Notes under the pieces: model-generated | Database searches by the model: none | What the model saw: the letters and a program-made list of their open reading frames with translations, nothing else | What the model was told of the DNA's origin: nothing | Assembly (NCBI RefSeq): GCF_004010195.1 | Contig: NC_057721.1 | Span: 39,696,194 to 39,760,193, forward strand | Source of the DNA: Chiloscyllium plagiosum | Taxonomy: Eukaryota | Direction of reading: 5' to 3' | DNA: 64,000 nt | Position numbers and translations under genes: made by a program | In this document: piece after piece, positions 38,143-52,580 of the stretch | Numbering within the stretch: the first letter of the stretch is position 1 | Layout of the letters: each line of letters starts with the position of its first letter

Positions 38143-39659
38143 ACAAGAAATAAATCATTCAATGCTCCTTGACAGAGAATGATAACATGCCATAAAAATA
38201 AACAAATTAGGATACATCTAAGTCATGGAGACACATATCAGTACAGCTCAAAAGGAGGCCATTTTATCATTAAATCTGTTCTAGCTCTTTCAAAGAGCCA
38301 CCCAATTAGTCCTACAAATGGCTTTTCACCATGGCACTGCAATTCTTTTTATTTTTGAATATTTAGCAAATATCTCAAAGTAATAGCTTACATAAGCTTT
38401 CAGATGACTTGGTGTAATTTTTCCCATGTTAACTCTCATTGGTCTTCCAAGGATCTTAAATCCGTGTCTTCTGATGACCAAGCCTTCTACCATTAGAAAA
38501 AGGTTTCTCCTTATTTACTTTGTCCAAACTCTTCATGATTTTAAATAACTTTCTGGTACTGCAACTTTCGATATTACAACATGTAAATACACACTAGAAT
38601 AGGAATCTAGTAAATGAACTCAAACATGGGACAAGTTCCTCTTGGAAAAACCATTATATAACTCATTTGAACAATCAATAAGGAAGCTAATGAAACAGTG
38701 AATGTGTTCTAGTTGTGCCTGCTTCCTTCATGCCAGCTGTGCTCATTATTTTTGTTTCTATATTCTCAGCATCCATGAATGCCATAGCTTGATGCAATTA
38801 CTCATGAGTGATATATAAAGCTGCATCAGCCACACTAAGGTCTCCAGATGAATGTGTTGTACCATGATCAACTATCCAGAAATTAATTTCATCTTTTACT
38901 AACACTCAGAAACAATTCTAATGACCGTCTGGTTTCTGTTTCATTGCATCAAAAAGTTAGAATTTGAGATTAATCTGATCTTTCTTTATCATTGCATATT
39001 GGGATTGTTTTTAGAACCCAGAGAAGAAAATACCAAGGTACTAAGGAAAAATAATATCCCGAATATATGTGAAAAACAAAAAGCAGCTCTCAAACTAGGC
39101 AGTTCCTTTCCCTCAAATGCCATTGAAAAGGAAATGACTTTCGATTTGGGTTTTACCAACTGTAAAATATTTTAGATCATGCTATGACTATCAAAGGCAA
39201 TGTGCAAATGTAATTTCTTTCTCTTTTCTGAAGGAATTCAATTACATGGAGAGGTTGGAGAAGTTGGGGTAGTTCGCCTAAGAGCAAACAGGTTTATTTA
39301 CCAAGAATATTGCTGAAGAAACAAAGGAAACATGTTTTTTTTAAAACACTCAAAAGATTTGTCATTTACGTACTTCCAAGTTTTTTTTGAAAAGGGCGCA
39401 CCCATATATAAATGTATTTCTTTTGACCTTAAACCTAAGCACCGCAGATCTGTCACATTCAGTTGTGAGTGGTGATGAACAATTGAGCAACTCACTGGGG
39501 GAGAACGGTCCATAGATATCCACTGTCTCAGTGATGGGACAACACAGAAAATCAGCATAAAAGATAAGGTTGAAGCAATTGCAACAATTTTCAGCTAGAA
39601 GTGGAGTGAATGATCCATATTGGCCTCTCCTGGATGCCAGTCTTCTGTCAATTTGGTTC

Positions 39660-41785
39660 ATTAAGAAATGGTTGAAGGTTCTGAATATTGACAGGTTATG
39701 AACTTTGACACCATTCTGGCAATTGTACTGATGATGTGCTGTATAACTTGCATTCTCCTGGCACAGTTGCTCCAGTACAACTACAACAATGGCATCTATT
39801 CAGCAATGTGGAAAATTGCCCAGGTATGCCACATGCACAAAAAGCAGGACAAATCCAGCCTAGCTAATTGCCATCCTACCAGTCTACTCTCAATCATCAG
39901 TTAAGTGACAGAAGGAGTCATCACCGGTGCTATCAAGAAGAACTTGCTTAGCAACTTACGCATTCAGGATGTTTGGGTTCTTTCAAAATTGCTCAGCTTT
40001 GTACATTGGTTCAAACAGGCACAAAACAGCTGAATTCCAAGAGGTGACGCAAGGGTGACTGCCCTTGACATCACGGCTGCATTACAGTATGACATCAAGG
40101 AGGCCCAACAAAACTAAGGTCAAGGGGAATTCAGGGAAAACGCCTTCGCTGGTTGAAACTGCATCTAGCACAAAGGAAGCTGGCTGGTATTATTGTTGGA
40201 TGTCATTTTTCTCAGCTCCAGGCCATACCTGCAGGAATTCTTCAGAGCAAATGTTTTCTGAAGACTTGAAATTGATGTGATTTGATTTGATTTATTGCCA
40301 TGTGTATCTAAGTACAGTGAAAAGCTGTTTACGAGCAGTACAGGTAGATCATAGTAAGCAAGGACATACAGATCATAGGGTGTTTAAAAAAAAATCTTAA
40401 GAGTAAGGCATACAGGTTACACTGCACAGGATGTATGTGAGGCAAGATCACCATGAACAAGATTTACATTATTTGAAGTCACAGAGTCCATTCAGTCTAA
40501 TATCAGCAGGGAAGAAGCTGTTCTTGACCTTGCTGCGTGTTCATGCTTTGGTATCTTCTGCCTGACAGAAGACCCTGTAGGATGGGATGAGTCTTTGTTG
40601 AAGTTAGCAGCCTTTCTAAGGCAATGAGAGCTGTAAATGGAGTCCATAAATAGGAGCTTGGCTTATGTGTTGGCTTGGGCTGTGCACACAACCTTCTGTA
40701 GTTTCTTACAGTTCTGGGCACATTAGTTGCCATACTAGGCCATTAAGCACCCGGACATAATGGTTTCTATGGTGCAGCTGTAAATACTGGGCCTCCTGGC
40801 TCAAAGTAGGGGCATTACCAATGCTCCACAAGAGCCAAATATTCCTCATGATATTGTCCCAAACAGCTGCTTCATTAATGACTTTCCTTCCATCATAAGT
40901 GGGAGGTTTGCTCATTATTGAATAATGTTCAGCACCATTCGCAACTCTGCACATACTGAAGCAGTCCGTGTCCAAATGCAACAAGACCTGGATAAAATCC
41001 AGGCTTGGGCTGACAAGTGACAAATAACGTTCACATAAATGGCAGCAAATGATCACCTCCAACAAGACAGAACCAAATTATTGTTCCTTGATGTTCAAAG
41101 TCATTACCATTACTGAATTCTCCACTATCAACATCCTGGAGTTTAGCATTGACCACAGACTGAACTGGACTAGTCATATAAATATTCTGGCTTCAACAGT
41201 AGGTCAGAAATCGGAATCTTGCAGCGGGTAACTGTCAGGCAAAGCCTGTTCACCATCTACAAAGTGCAAGTCACAAATGTGAATGAATATGCTCTAGTCT
41301 GGATGAGTGTAATCCACCAACACTCAAGAATTTGACACCATTCATGGCAAAGCAGCTCACTTGATTACAGTTGCATCCACAGATATTCATTCCCTCCATC
41401 ATTGCATGCAATAGCAGCAATCTGTAAACTCTGTCCAAACTGCTCTGCAGAAATTCACCATGGCTCCTTAACATTTTATAAAAACACAACCACAACCACC
41501 TAGAAGGGAAAGGTCATCAAATCCATGGAAACACCACCCCCTACAAGTTTCTCTCCAGCCATTCACTATCCTGACTTGGAAGTATATTGCTATTTTTTTC
41601 ATTGTTGCTGGGCCAAAATTTTAGAAACTCTTTCCTAATAGCATTGAAGGTGGATATACACCAAACGGACTGTAATAGTTCAAGAAACCAGCTCAGTTCC
41701 ACCTTCTCATTGACAACTTAGAATGGTCAATACATTCTGGCCCAGCCAGCAATGTCCACATCCAATGAATGAATTTTTTAAAAAA
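39660..41785 (+). mobile_element. L2/CR1-clade LINE with a nested antisense Rex1 3' end (about 40276-40785)
   Basis: ORF 39698 (WKIAQV...HKKQDKSSLAN...SLLSIIS); tail CTGGCCCAGCCAGCAATGTCCACATCCAATGAATGAAT. The nested piece shares GGCATACAGGTTACACTGCACAGGA with 12815 and has a (TGATT)n tail. Confidence 0.75.
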
Positions 41786-42519
41786 GTCATGTTCCTGCAA
41801 ACTATTAGCGGCAGTTCAAACATTTATTTTAGTCATAGTAAATAGGCGTGGCTTAGAAGATATTTTTTAAAACTTGTTTTCATTTGCAATACTGTTCTTG
41901 CAAACAATTTTTTCTTTTTCAACCATTAAGACAAAACAAGCACACAATCACAAATGCTATTGTTCACAAGTAATTCTTTATATAAACAGTTCTTAGTAGA
42001 AATGTGCAAATAAATAAATTAAAATAAATGACCAATCTGAAATAAAAGCTTGATAATCCAATCTCCAGTTACTGGAACATGCAGCACAGAAAAGCCATAT
42101 GGCTTAACGACTCCAAACTGCTGCTTGTATTTTATTTGTGTTTTTGCCTGTCCTATCAAGCTTACTTTGATCTTTCTATTCCCTTTGCTCTTTGATATTT
42201 ATGTCATTTTCTTTTGAAACCGTCTAAGCCATTTATCTCAACACTTCCTATGATATTTAGTTTCACATTTCAACCCCTCTGAGAAGGGAAGTTTTTCCTT
42301 ATTACCCTAATGACTTTATTAATGATCATGTGCCTCAGACCAGTGATTTTGGATTTTTAAAAAAATTGCGTCCACATTCATAATTTAAAGAGGAATTCTT
42401 CTATTCTTTTTGAAAAGAAAAACAAATTTCTCAGATCCTTAAGAGGAGGAGGAAAATGTTCTTCTATCTTTAAACTCCTGTTTATGCACATATTTCACGC
42501 AGGGATTTTACAGACTTAC

Positions 42520-45430
42520 AGGAGAACATGTGAGTCAGGAGCACAATAGGCCACTCGGTCCTTGAGCCTGCTCTGTCCTTCAGTAATATCATGGCTAATT
42601 TGATTAGTTCTTTTCCCACCCAACCCTTTCACCCTCTTGCTCATCAAGGACCCATCTACTCCAGTTAAAATGATCAACTGCTTCTGCTTCCTTTTCAATT
42701 CCAAAGACTCATGACCTTCTATGAGGTTACAATTTCTATTAGCATTGTCTTAAGTGCTGACACCTTAGCTTGAAATAGTGACCCAATTCAATATTCTCCT
42801 GCAAAAGGAAAATTCTTATCACATATCCACCCTATTAAAGCCCTTCAGGACCTTGCATGTTTTCAAACAAGTTGCCTCAATCTTCTAAACTCCAGTAGAT
42901 ACAAGCTTTGACTATTTATTCGTTCCTCATAAGGCAGCCCACACATTCCAGGTTGAGTCTAGTAAACCTCTCTGAACTGTTTCCAACAATAACATTCTAT
43001 TAGCTTTCTTATTTTCAGAATACTTTTGTGAATCATGCACCAGGACTCTTCAGAAGTCTGCAATTTCTTGCCATTAACATAATATGGCTCATATTTATTT
43101 TTCTTGCTGAAATGGATGATTGCACATTTTTCCACATTACACTGCATTTGCAAGATCTTTGTCCACTTACTTAATCTATTGTGATGAAGGTTTATGATAT
43201 ATTATTACATGTAGTTCTGTTATAATGCACGTTTCATCAACATAAATTTGCTGTAACACTATTTACAAACTTGGGACGCTTCTTCTACAGCGCTAACTTT
43301 GAGAAGATGTCTGGCTGTAACACAATTACAGTACCAACACTTTAACCAATTTCTGAAGTATGAATCTTCTATAACATAGGGTTGCACAAGAATGCAACCA
43401 GCGCATTATAGAATAATTGTAGTATTATTTGGAAATTTTAGATTCTAAAGTGGACAGAACTATGTATAGTTTTAAGATTGATTAGCAGTTAAGAATGGAA
43501 GACATAGTTTCACATTCATTTTGGAGGAGTTCTGAGAGGTCACATGTTGTCTGGAAGTTTGGTTATATGCATTTAAATGAGGCTTTTAAAAAATACCATG
43601 AAGGTGAACACTTCAGTGCTTTAGAAAGGCTGCGTTTGCTGAACACTGACACATGGGCGCTATGTGCCACTTGGAATTGTGTGCACAGATTTCAGCTGGA
43701 GTTTTGGGAAATAGGGATGTGGTGTTGAATATGTCAAGGGTGGTAAAATGGGTGGGGAAGAAAAAGGAGAGATCAGAATGCAGGAGGTGGAAGGAGAGAT
43801 CAGGACAGTTGGGGAAGGTGACAAGGATGGCCCAGGAACTGGGGGAGCATGGAAAGGAGACAGAGTGGAGAGAGGCCTTCTGGCTCCTGTGTCCTTCTTA
43901 CTCTTAGGGTTCCTTACTACCCTGACCTGTGTCCAGCATCCCTCTCCCCACCCCTGAAGCTCACTTTAAAATTGCATGCACTTCCCTGTGCATGCACAAT
44001 AATGTCATCAATAAAAGAAGATAGCACTGTAATGCAGAGCTTTGGTCGCAACAAAACCAAATCCAGCTGTGACAACTGAACAAAGAACTTTAAAGAGGAA
44101 CCAGGGTGACAAGTACCTGTAAAATTTTGCTGAGGGTTAAAAATGGTTGAATTTTAATTTCTGGTATTTATAATAATATGAAATAATTATTGCAGATTTC
44201 TTTATTGTTGTGGGTAATAAACATATCGTCCTTTGTTAAAAGTTGATGCTCCATGACTGGGTACTGCTGAACAAGTTGCAGAAATAAAAAATATGAACTA
44301 TCAAGTCAGGTTTTACTCTGGGATCTGATTTGTCCAGTATTACCATCAGTTGGTAGCTTCATTATGTCCTCTTCAATTTCCTATTCTGCTATGTTTCTGT
44401 CATCAGCAATCATACCTTCAGTTCCTTCATTCAAGCAATTTCCATAAATAGCAAAACATTAAGGTTTCAACACTGATCCCTGTGGCACAGGAATGTATTA
44501 TATTTTGGCAACCAAATAAATGACACTTTTATACCTACTTTCTGTCAATTTTCTATCCATACTAATATTTTATCCCTATATTATTGTTTTCCACAATAAA
44601 CTTTGGTCTGGTACCTGTTCAAATATCTTCTGAGAACCCAAGTATAGTATATGTACGGGATCTTCTTTCACCCACAGCACGTTGCTTCCTCAAAGAACTC
44701 CAATTAATTGTCAAATACAATTTCCTTTTCATAAAACCATGCTAACTCTGATTGATTACATTGAACTTTCCTAGTTACTCTGCTTCAATATCTTCAATAA
44801 TAACTTCTAACATCTTCCCTTTGACAGGTGATAAGTTAACAGGACAGTAGGTTTTGCATTTTGTCGCCGTCCCCTTTTGAATAAAAGGAGTTGCATTTGT
44901 CACTTTCCATTTTAATGGAACTTTCCCTGAATATAGGCAACTTTTGAAAATTAAAACCAATACATCAATAATTTCACTAGCCAGACTCTAGAATGAAGTC
45001 TATCACAACATCGGGACACATCAGACTGTAATTCTAACTTTCAGTCCTTTTAACCCGACAATTGCAAATTTAAGTTTCTCCCCCAATTCCATTTCCTGAT
45101 TTACGGATTTTTCTGGGATTTTACCTGGATCTTCTGTAGTTAATATTGACAAAAACACCTGTTCAACTCATCTACCATCTCCTTATTTACCATTATTAAT
45201 TCACCAGAGTTATTTCCTGTATGATCAACGGTCACTTTAACTTTTTCCTTTTTGAATATCTAAAGTGTTTTTATATTTCTTTTTTGCTTTCTCTCCAACT
45301 CCTCTTTGTATTAATCCTTCAGTGAATATTCACTGCTTTTCATAGTCTGTCCAATCTTGTGACCTGCAACTGGATGTTTTTTCTTTAAGTCTGATACTAC
45401 ATGTAACATTTTTAGATAATCATATGCTAA
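42520..45430 (-). mobile_element. Decayed CR1 split by an LTR-like insertion (about 43180-44350) that itself contains a small TIR element (about 43207-43424)
   Basis: ORFs 42959- (MQCNVEKCAIIHF) and 44775- (WKVTNATP...PVNL). The insertion begins TGTGATG and contains AATAAA. Imperfect TIRs GTTCTGTTATAATGC/GCATTATAGAATAA. Confidence 0.55.
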
Positions 45431-46677
45431 TTTTATGCCTAGCTCCTCATCCTACTCATGCAGAATCTCTTCCCTTGTCCTGCCTCTATCATTAGTACCT
45501 ACATGGGCCACATCTTTTGGATAGTTGCCCTCCTATTGAAAACTTCTCTCTAGCTCTGAGGAGATATGATGAACCCTGGTGGCAGGCAGGCAACACGGAC
45601 TTCTAAATGTTCAAAATGTAGCTCTGGTTCAAAACAACTGGATATTTTTAATATCTCTGCAGGTTAAGAGGCTTTGATTATATATAAATAAAAGCATAGA
45701 ATTAAAATTACAGAGATGAATGGTGACATACATTTTAAACATAAAACATTGATTTTTTTTCATTGTGACAAGTTTGTGAAATGAAAATTTCATAATATAA
45801 AAGTGTGTCACAGTAGAAAAAAGTTTGTGTCTGGAAGTGCATTCCATATGCAAGACATGCATTATGTTTATTTAACAAGCTACCGCAGGCTCGATGGGCC
45901 AAATGGCCTCCTTCAGCACCATAATACTTCCGTGATTCTATGATTTAATAGCATATTGATAATACATTGTAGCCACCACCTATATACTTAAAAATCATTC
46001 AAAAATGTTAAAGCAAGTTGATCTTATGCATTCCTGCTGTTAATTATGCTTCTATTACTGCATGCTAATACTACTGTAGTCATTTAAATATCTTTCATTT
46101 ATAATTTTATGCAGTTTACAAGTCAGCATGCACACTTTCCTATCTTGTTTGTCCTATTTCTCACTCTTGTTCTGTTTATGAAAAGTTACAATTCAAAAGT
46201 CAACTTGTCTCTTTCTTGCACAGATTCTGCACAGGAACAGGAATTGGCTATTCAACTCTGAGTCAATTTAATTAGGTCATGGGTGATCCATACTTCAATT
46301 CCATTTACCTGCTATTGTATGATATTAAAAAAAAACTAATTGTTAACATTTTTAGCACACCAGTACACTCAGCTTTTTGGAGAACAGAATTCCAGATTTT
46401 CATTACACCTAGTGATCTGTAATTTAATTTTTGAATGACCAGCTATTTGTTTCCTGCTTTTGAAAATGTGCAATGTAATACCCCATTTTGCAGCCTTACA
46501 AATAGCATCAAGAGGAATCACTTTGGATGCTGGTCTGAGAAATGGGCACTACGCGTTCAGAAAATGCTTTAACTTTTCCCTGCCCGACAACATCAAAGAA
46601 AAAGTTAAGTTTTACCCAATCTAGAATGGGAACTGTGCATACATTAAGAAAATGAATAATTAATTTTTTGATCTTAC

Positions 46678-46761
46678 CTTCAATTTCCTTCTTGCATTAA
46701 ATTTCCTTAGCTGTTCCACAGTTTCTGGGAGATGAATTTTGTATGCGTAACGATCTCGTTC
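46678..46761 (-). CDS. CASK: CASK coding exon (exon 9 equivalent), autoinhibitory/calmodulin-binding-like segment
   Basis: cag|GAACGA...TTGAAG|gtaaga. 84 nt, [28 protein letters not shown]. Confidence 0.96.
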
Positions 46762-46997
46762 CTGAAATGTATTATGAATGATTTCAAACCTGAAGTATAT
46801 CACAATAAATAAATAAATAGTTCACAGCTAATTCCAATATCTTTAAGATTCTCTGCTAGTTACTCCAAGACAATACACTTCTGTCAGTCTTAATCTTTCT
46901 TCAGTTTATCAATGAAAGAGTGAAATAACATTCAAAACTCTGAAAACTAAGAGAAAACACTACTGTAAAGAATTGTTTCATATACCATATTGAAATA

Positions 46998-47470
46998 TTG
47001 AAAAATGTAGACCACTCGGTCTTTCAAGCTTGCTCCACTAGTCAGTATGTTCATGTCTGATCATCCAACTCTCACCCTTTGATCCATTTAGCCCGAACAG
47101 CTATACCTAACTCCTTCTTGAAACAGATAAATAGTGTTATACAAGTTGGAACCAGACCTTTTGATCCAACTCATCTGTGCTAACTGGAAATCCTGAAATG
47201 TTTTGGCTTCAACCTCTTTTTGTGGCAGGGAATTTACACAGGCTCTCCATTTTGTGTGTAAAGAAATTTCTCATTTCAGTCCTAAATGGTCAACCATGTA
47301 AGCTTAGACTGTGAACCATGGGTACTCTCCAGTCACCAGAAACACTCTTCCTGTGTTTATCCTATCCATTCTGTTTGCATTTTTCATGTTTCTGTGAGAT
47401 TCCCCCTCATTTTTCTGAATGCCAGTGAATACAGTCTTAAATATTGGCTCTGCCATCCCAGGAATGAGAC
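46998..47470 (-). mobile_element. CR1 3' fragments
   Basis: CR1 3' UTR-like start and GAGATTCCCCCTCATTTTTCTGAA (reverse of RMRGNL). Confidence 0.6.
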
Positions 47471-48275
47471 TGGCCATATTAGATAGTTAATAACAAGTAT
47501 CAAACACTAAGTCCTGATTTTAAGTTGTTCAGTTTGAATTCATTCTGCTTTAATATTACAGATATAGTAAGGCCTACATGTGCATTTAACATTAGGATTT
47601 TTGTTTTTCCATAGCTTCATGGCAGACCATGCAGTGTGTCATTTTGGAGCAACCCCTACTGCTCCCAACCCCCATCCCAATCCTCCTATTTCCTGACATC
47701 CTAATTCGCTCCACAATCTTCCTGCTCACAACCCTACCACCACCTTGACCCCCTCACGCACAGGTCCTCACATCCTTTGCTCTTGCTGCCTCTATCCTGT
47801 GCCTTTGCCCACTGAGAGTGCTTGAGAAAAGTAAGTGGTGAATGAGAGGGAGCAGGAGAAGCGGAAGCATGTGGGATGGAGAGTGGGAGTGCTGAATAGG
47901 AGAGTTGACAAGGGAAGCTTTGAGGAGCAGGAGGATCTGAGAGTCAGAGACAAGTACAAAGTGTTAGCATATAGTTTTAAAATTATAAATGTAGCAATTT
48001 ACAAATACATGGTCTTCTAATTTACATTTTTTAAAGATCAATGTCTAACAACGTAACTACAGCTTATATTGATAGTAATGGGAAAATCTGATTTGCTTCA
48101 TCTAAAATTGCATTTTTAAGAAATGCAATTACAGTGCTAAGTGAGGAATTACTATATTCTATTATTAAAATTATGCTAAATAGATCAATTGCAAATAATC
48201 TACCCATGCTAAAAAAAAGTACTTAAAAACTACCTTCCAAACACATCAATATGAATTCTACCTCCTACTTCATTA

Positions 48276-48461
<186 letters not shown>

Positions 48462-48773
48462 CTACATGAAAACAATTGAAAAACAGTCAAATGCATTGTA
48501 ACTGTAAAATTGCAATTTCCCATCTATTGCTTCCATTCAATAGTTATATAAATATGATTCTCAATTATATTGGTAAGATGTTAGCTAATCGAAAAGTTAG
48601 AGAAAGTTACTTTTCAGAGCTGCAGAAGTAACAATACATAGTTAAGAGAGAATAAGAATTCCTGGGCACAAAAATAATGAGCGTAATAATACACATGTTT
48701 AAGAGGGTATATGAAATATGTCTTATTTAAGAGGTTCGTTCAGATGTATAGGGTATATGGCAAGAGACAATTA

Positions 48774-49010
<237 letters not shown>

Positions 49011-49109
49011 TCACAACACAAATCTACTGGAAGCAACAGGTTCAGTTTCAGTCTGTAATCACACATATTGGTCAAAAATGGAAAATGAAGGGATATTGCA
49101 TAGCTAATA

Positions 49110-49225
49110 CTGCATGGTTCATTTGTGTCCTTTCAGGAAGGAAATCCACTATGCTTATCTCTTCTGGCTTACATGTGACACCCAGACCCACAGCATGGTG
49201 GTTGCTTTGTTTCTCCCCTCTGGGC
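49110..49225 (+). mobile_element. Deu-SINE core fragment
   Basis: TGGTTCATTTGTGTCCTTTCAGGAAGGAAATC...CTGGCTTACATGTGACACCCAGACCCACAGCA resembles the Deu domain. Confidence 0.6.
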
Positions 49226-49340
49226 AAGTAAAAACTTAGCCTGTGCATGAATAAAAAAAAACAGGAGTGCATTAAAACATGAGAGCTTTATTCAAAATTC
49301 TACTCTGCTACTTTTATCGTGACATTACCGTTTTGACTTT

Positions 49341-50006
49341 TGTTACAAAGTTGAAGGACAATGTTTAAAAACTTGTCCTTAAACATTTAGACTAAAATGT
49401 AATTTTGAATTATAGTACACATTTGCTGCACACTAGAAAACAGACAGGCAGGGAGGGCAAGACAATTAAGAACATTTGCCTTAACATTAGTGAATCTGTA
49501 TAAACAGGGCACCAAATGATAACATTCGTGGCTGCGCCTTTGTGATATTAATAACCACGTTTGATTCTGAACTTGAAACAAAACTCTGTATCAATTAACT
49601 TCTGTCCCGACTTACTGTCCATCACTTTTATGTCTAGTTCAGAACATGCAGTGCTTTTGTTAACTTTTTGTGTTTGTGACAGTACAGCCTTTGTAAACTT
49701 GCATATTAAGATAGTCTTTTTTAACTAGTACGACAGAGTAGCCTGCCAGGGCTCTTGAAGAGCTGATGTTCTACTTTCCTGGGTTATTAGAACCCAGTTC
49801 ATTTAGCTTATAGGTATCAGTGTTATGTTGTAACAGTGATGCTATTAGTAAATGAAGGGGATGATTAAAGTTAAGCTAAACTGTCTGAAAGAGTTTTTTT
49901 TAAATCCCAGACTACCAAAGGTATCATCTCCGGGATGAACTAAGAGAGGCTTACAGGTTGAGTCCAGAAGGAATTCCTTGCACCGTCTCAAATCTGTACT
50001 TTATCA
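49341..50006 (+). repeat. 5' LTR of the ERV
   Basis: Ends ...ACTTTATCA immediately before the PBS. Candidate TATA (TGTATAAA near 49497) and ATTAAA near 49864 followed by a T-rich stretch. The start is uncertain (TGTTACAAAG at 49341, or the homology limit at 49365). Confidence 0.8.
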
Positions 50007-50009
50007 ATT

Positions 50010-50027
50010 TGGCGCTGTGAGCAGGGT
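50010..50027 (+). promoter_or_regulatory. Retroviral primer-binding site, tRNA-Ser(CGA)-like
   Basis: TGGCGCTGTGAGCAGGGT lies 3 nt after the LTR-terminal CA and is complementary to the 3' end ...CTGCTCACAGCGCCA of vertebrate tRNA-Ser(CGA). A strong donor AAG|GTAAGA follows at 50108. Confidence 0.8.
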
Positions 50028-50523
50028 TCCAACAAGGGATACGTTTGAGTGAAACTGGAAGAGGAGCTTCACTTAAGGGTCGGACTTGAGACCAATGGGT
50101 CCACAAGGTAAGATTATACCTCGATTGCTCTCGGTCCGCATCTTTGTATGATGCTTCCTCTATTTCACTCTCATGGTACTCTGATGGGACCCTAAATGAG
50201 ATCGTTTAAATAAGTACTAAAAACAGAAACTGTCAGGGTTTCAGAATATCGAGAATGTTCATTAGTCTTGTTGTTTTCGTTGTCGGGTTGTTATCCTCTA
50301 AAATACTCGTATGTGTGTGCGTGCGTGTGTCTGTGTGTGGGAGAGTGGGACACAGACAGACGAACACTCAGCACTGATTCCCTGCTGCTTGCAGGAAGTT
50401 TAACCCTTTGAGATTCGGTTTGGATGCACATTTGCTTGTTGGTGAGTGAACGTTTGTGTTTTGTGGGGTTGGAGCCCCTGTAGATCAGTAATTTTGTGAA
50501 GATTTAAAGAAAGTAGGATAAAT

Positions 50524-52580
50524 ATGGATGCGACCCTAGATGGAAGACAAATGCCCCCTAACAGAAATAATAAGTTTGTATCCTAATTATGAGGAACAAT
50601 TAAGGAGAATATCGACTGCAGCTGCTCAACAGAATAAGCATTCGCCTCTAAGAGGCACACATGATTTAAATCTACTCATTAAAATTGAACAAGGGATTTG
50701 GGAAAAAAATAAAGCGAAGTAAGCAGAAAGAAGCCATATCAGCGTGGAAAAAAAGTAGCTAGGGAAAAATGGGAAAAACCCACGCAATCGTCATGGAGAC
50801 AAAACTGTTTTAAAGGGGAATTAGTCCATTAGCTGAGGAAGGATCTGAACCAAATTGGACGGAACTAAAATGCAAATGTGAAACACATGATTTAGAAGCA
50901 GAATTGGAATTGGTTAAGGAGAAAATAAAGAAAAGGAAAGCAAAGATTCAGAACCTACGCTGAAAGGTCAGGGGCCGTAAAGAAAAGGGAAACCGGTGAA
51001 TAAACAACAGACTGCAGTTGCAGCAGCGGAAGATGTGACTGACAACAAAGACTGTTCCTTATACCCCACTCTCCCTTCTCCCAAAGACCCATTACTAAAG
51101 AATCCTGATCCATCCACGGATGAGAAATGGGACACTGATTCGGAGGAGGAAATATTTTACGCCTCCCATCCTGTCAGCCGTCCTCCTCCGGTTCCCGCCT
51201 CCAAATTCACCCACAGTATGGCCAAGGTGAACACGCTTCATAAAACAAAAAGTTGCCTGAACCTCTCTCCCTAATCTGAGGACGAACATGCCAAGGCCTA
51301 TGCCCTTCCCCCAAGTGAATAAGGATTCGGCTTACCACGAACCCATTGCCCACCTCAATAGGAGTCAATTAAACTTAAAACGTGGAAGGAACAGTGAAGA
51401 GACTCCTTTGATTTCCACTGCCCCTGTACTAATAAGTCCCAAAGACATTGATGGATTGCAATCAAAGTTTCAGGACCTTAATATCAGTCCTTGCATTCAC
51501 CCTGATGTAGGAGAGCCAAAGAGAAATTTCCCAAATAGAAGAGTCCCTGACCCACAGGCCCTGAAACCAGGACAAACCCAATTTGTGGATCTCTATCAAC
51601 TATGGAAACCTCATGAACACTCAAGCATTATCAATAAGACTCCAGATTATGGCAAGAATCCTGAGGGATTTATTAATTACATTAATAGGACTAGGACCAT
51701 TTATAATGCTGCCTCCCAAGACCTATTTCAACTCATAGAATGCACCCTTTCCCCTGAAAAATGAGCTGAGTTCTTAGAAAGTTTACAATGTAATAATCAT
51801 GCCCAGCTTGTAGTCCAGCATGACACCGAACCTAACAGATCAGATTGGATTATTACCTATCTCTGCCAAGCAGTGCGTCGTGCAGTTGATGTGGGTAAAG
51901 TCTTAACATGTAAATCCAGCTCGGGCAGAGGGGCTGAGGAGTTCCTTGTCTGTTTTAAGGAATGCTATGGCGTTTACTCTGGTGATGCGAACTACCCACA
52001 AGCGCGATCACCCCAAATTAATGCCCTATGTATGACTGTCTTACCTGATCAGGTACAGAAAGCTATTAAAACCCACAACATCCACTGGCAAGATGCCGAG
52101 GTTGCACAATTCAGCCGAGAGGTTTGTTACTTCTGGGAACTAAAGGAAACCAACAGTAAGGCTACCATTGGCAAGGTCAAGACAGAAACTTGTCTAAACT
52201 ACAGGGGCTAAACCTAAACCCAGGATTCAAAATAGACCTTTCTGTCACAAGGCTATCAAATGGACCCTCATACTGTCATCCAGTATACCAGGACAGTAGC
52301 ACTGGTACCGTGTATTCACAACATCCCAATGGACCTTGGGGTGCTCCGATGTATTGTCCCCAATAGTCTATGATGCCCCTTACTCCCTATACATTCTCTC
52401 ACTACTCTTCACTGCCTCCCCACCCCCTAAGAGTCCCCCAACAATTACATGTTTGTTTCAATTGTAATCAACCAGGACATTAGTCCAAGAACTGCCCTTT
52501 CCCAAAGCAGCCCCCGATTGATCATGGGAGTGGAAGCAGCTGGCAACCCCTTGGTTATCCTACCCAGGGACCTCAGCTGG
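50524..52580 (+). pseudogene. gag: ERV gag (disrupted)
   Basis: Fragments in ORFs 50540, 50996 (LYPTLP late-domain-like motif), 51288 (p30-like PDYGKNPEGF...DLFQLI) and 51873 (MHR-like EEFLVCFKECYGVYSG). Zinc knuckle CFNCNQPGH*SKNC at 52454-52495. Confidence 0.85.
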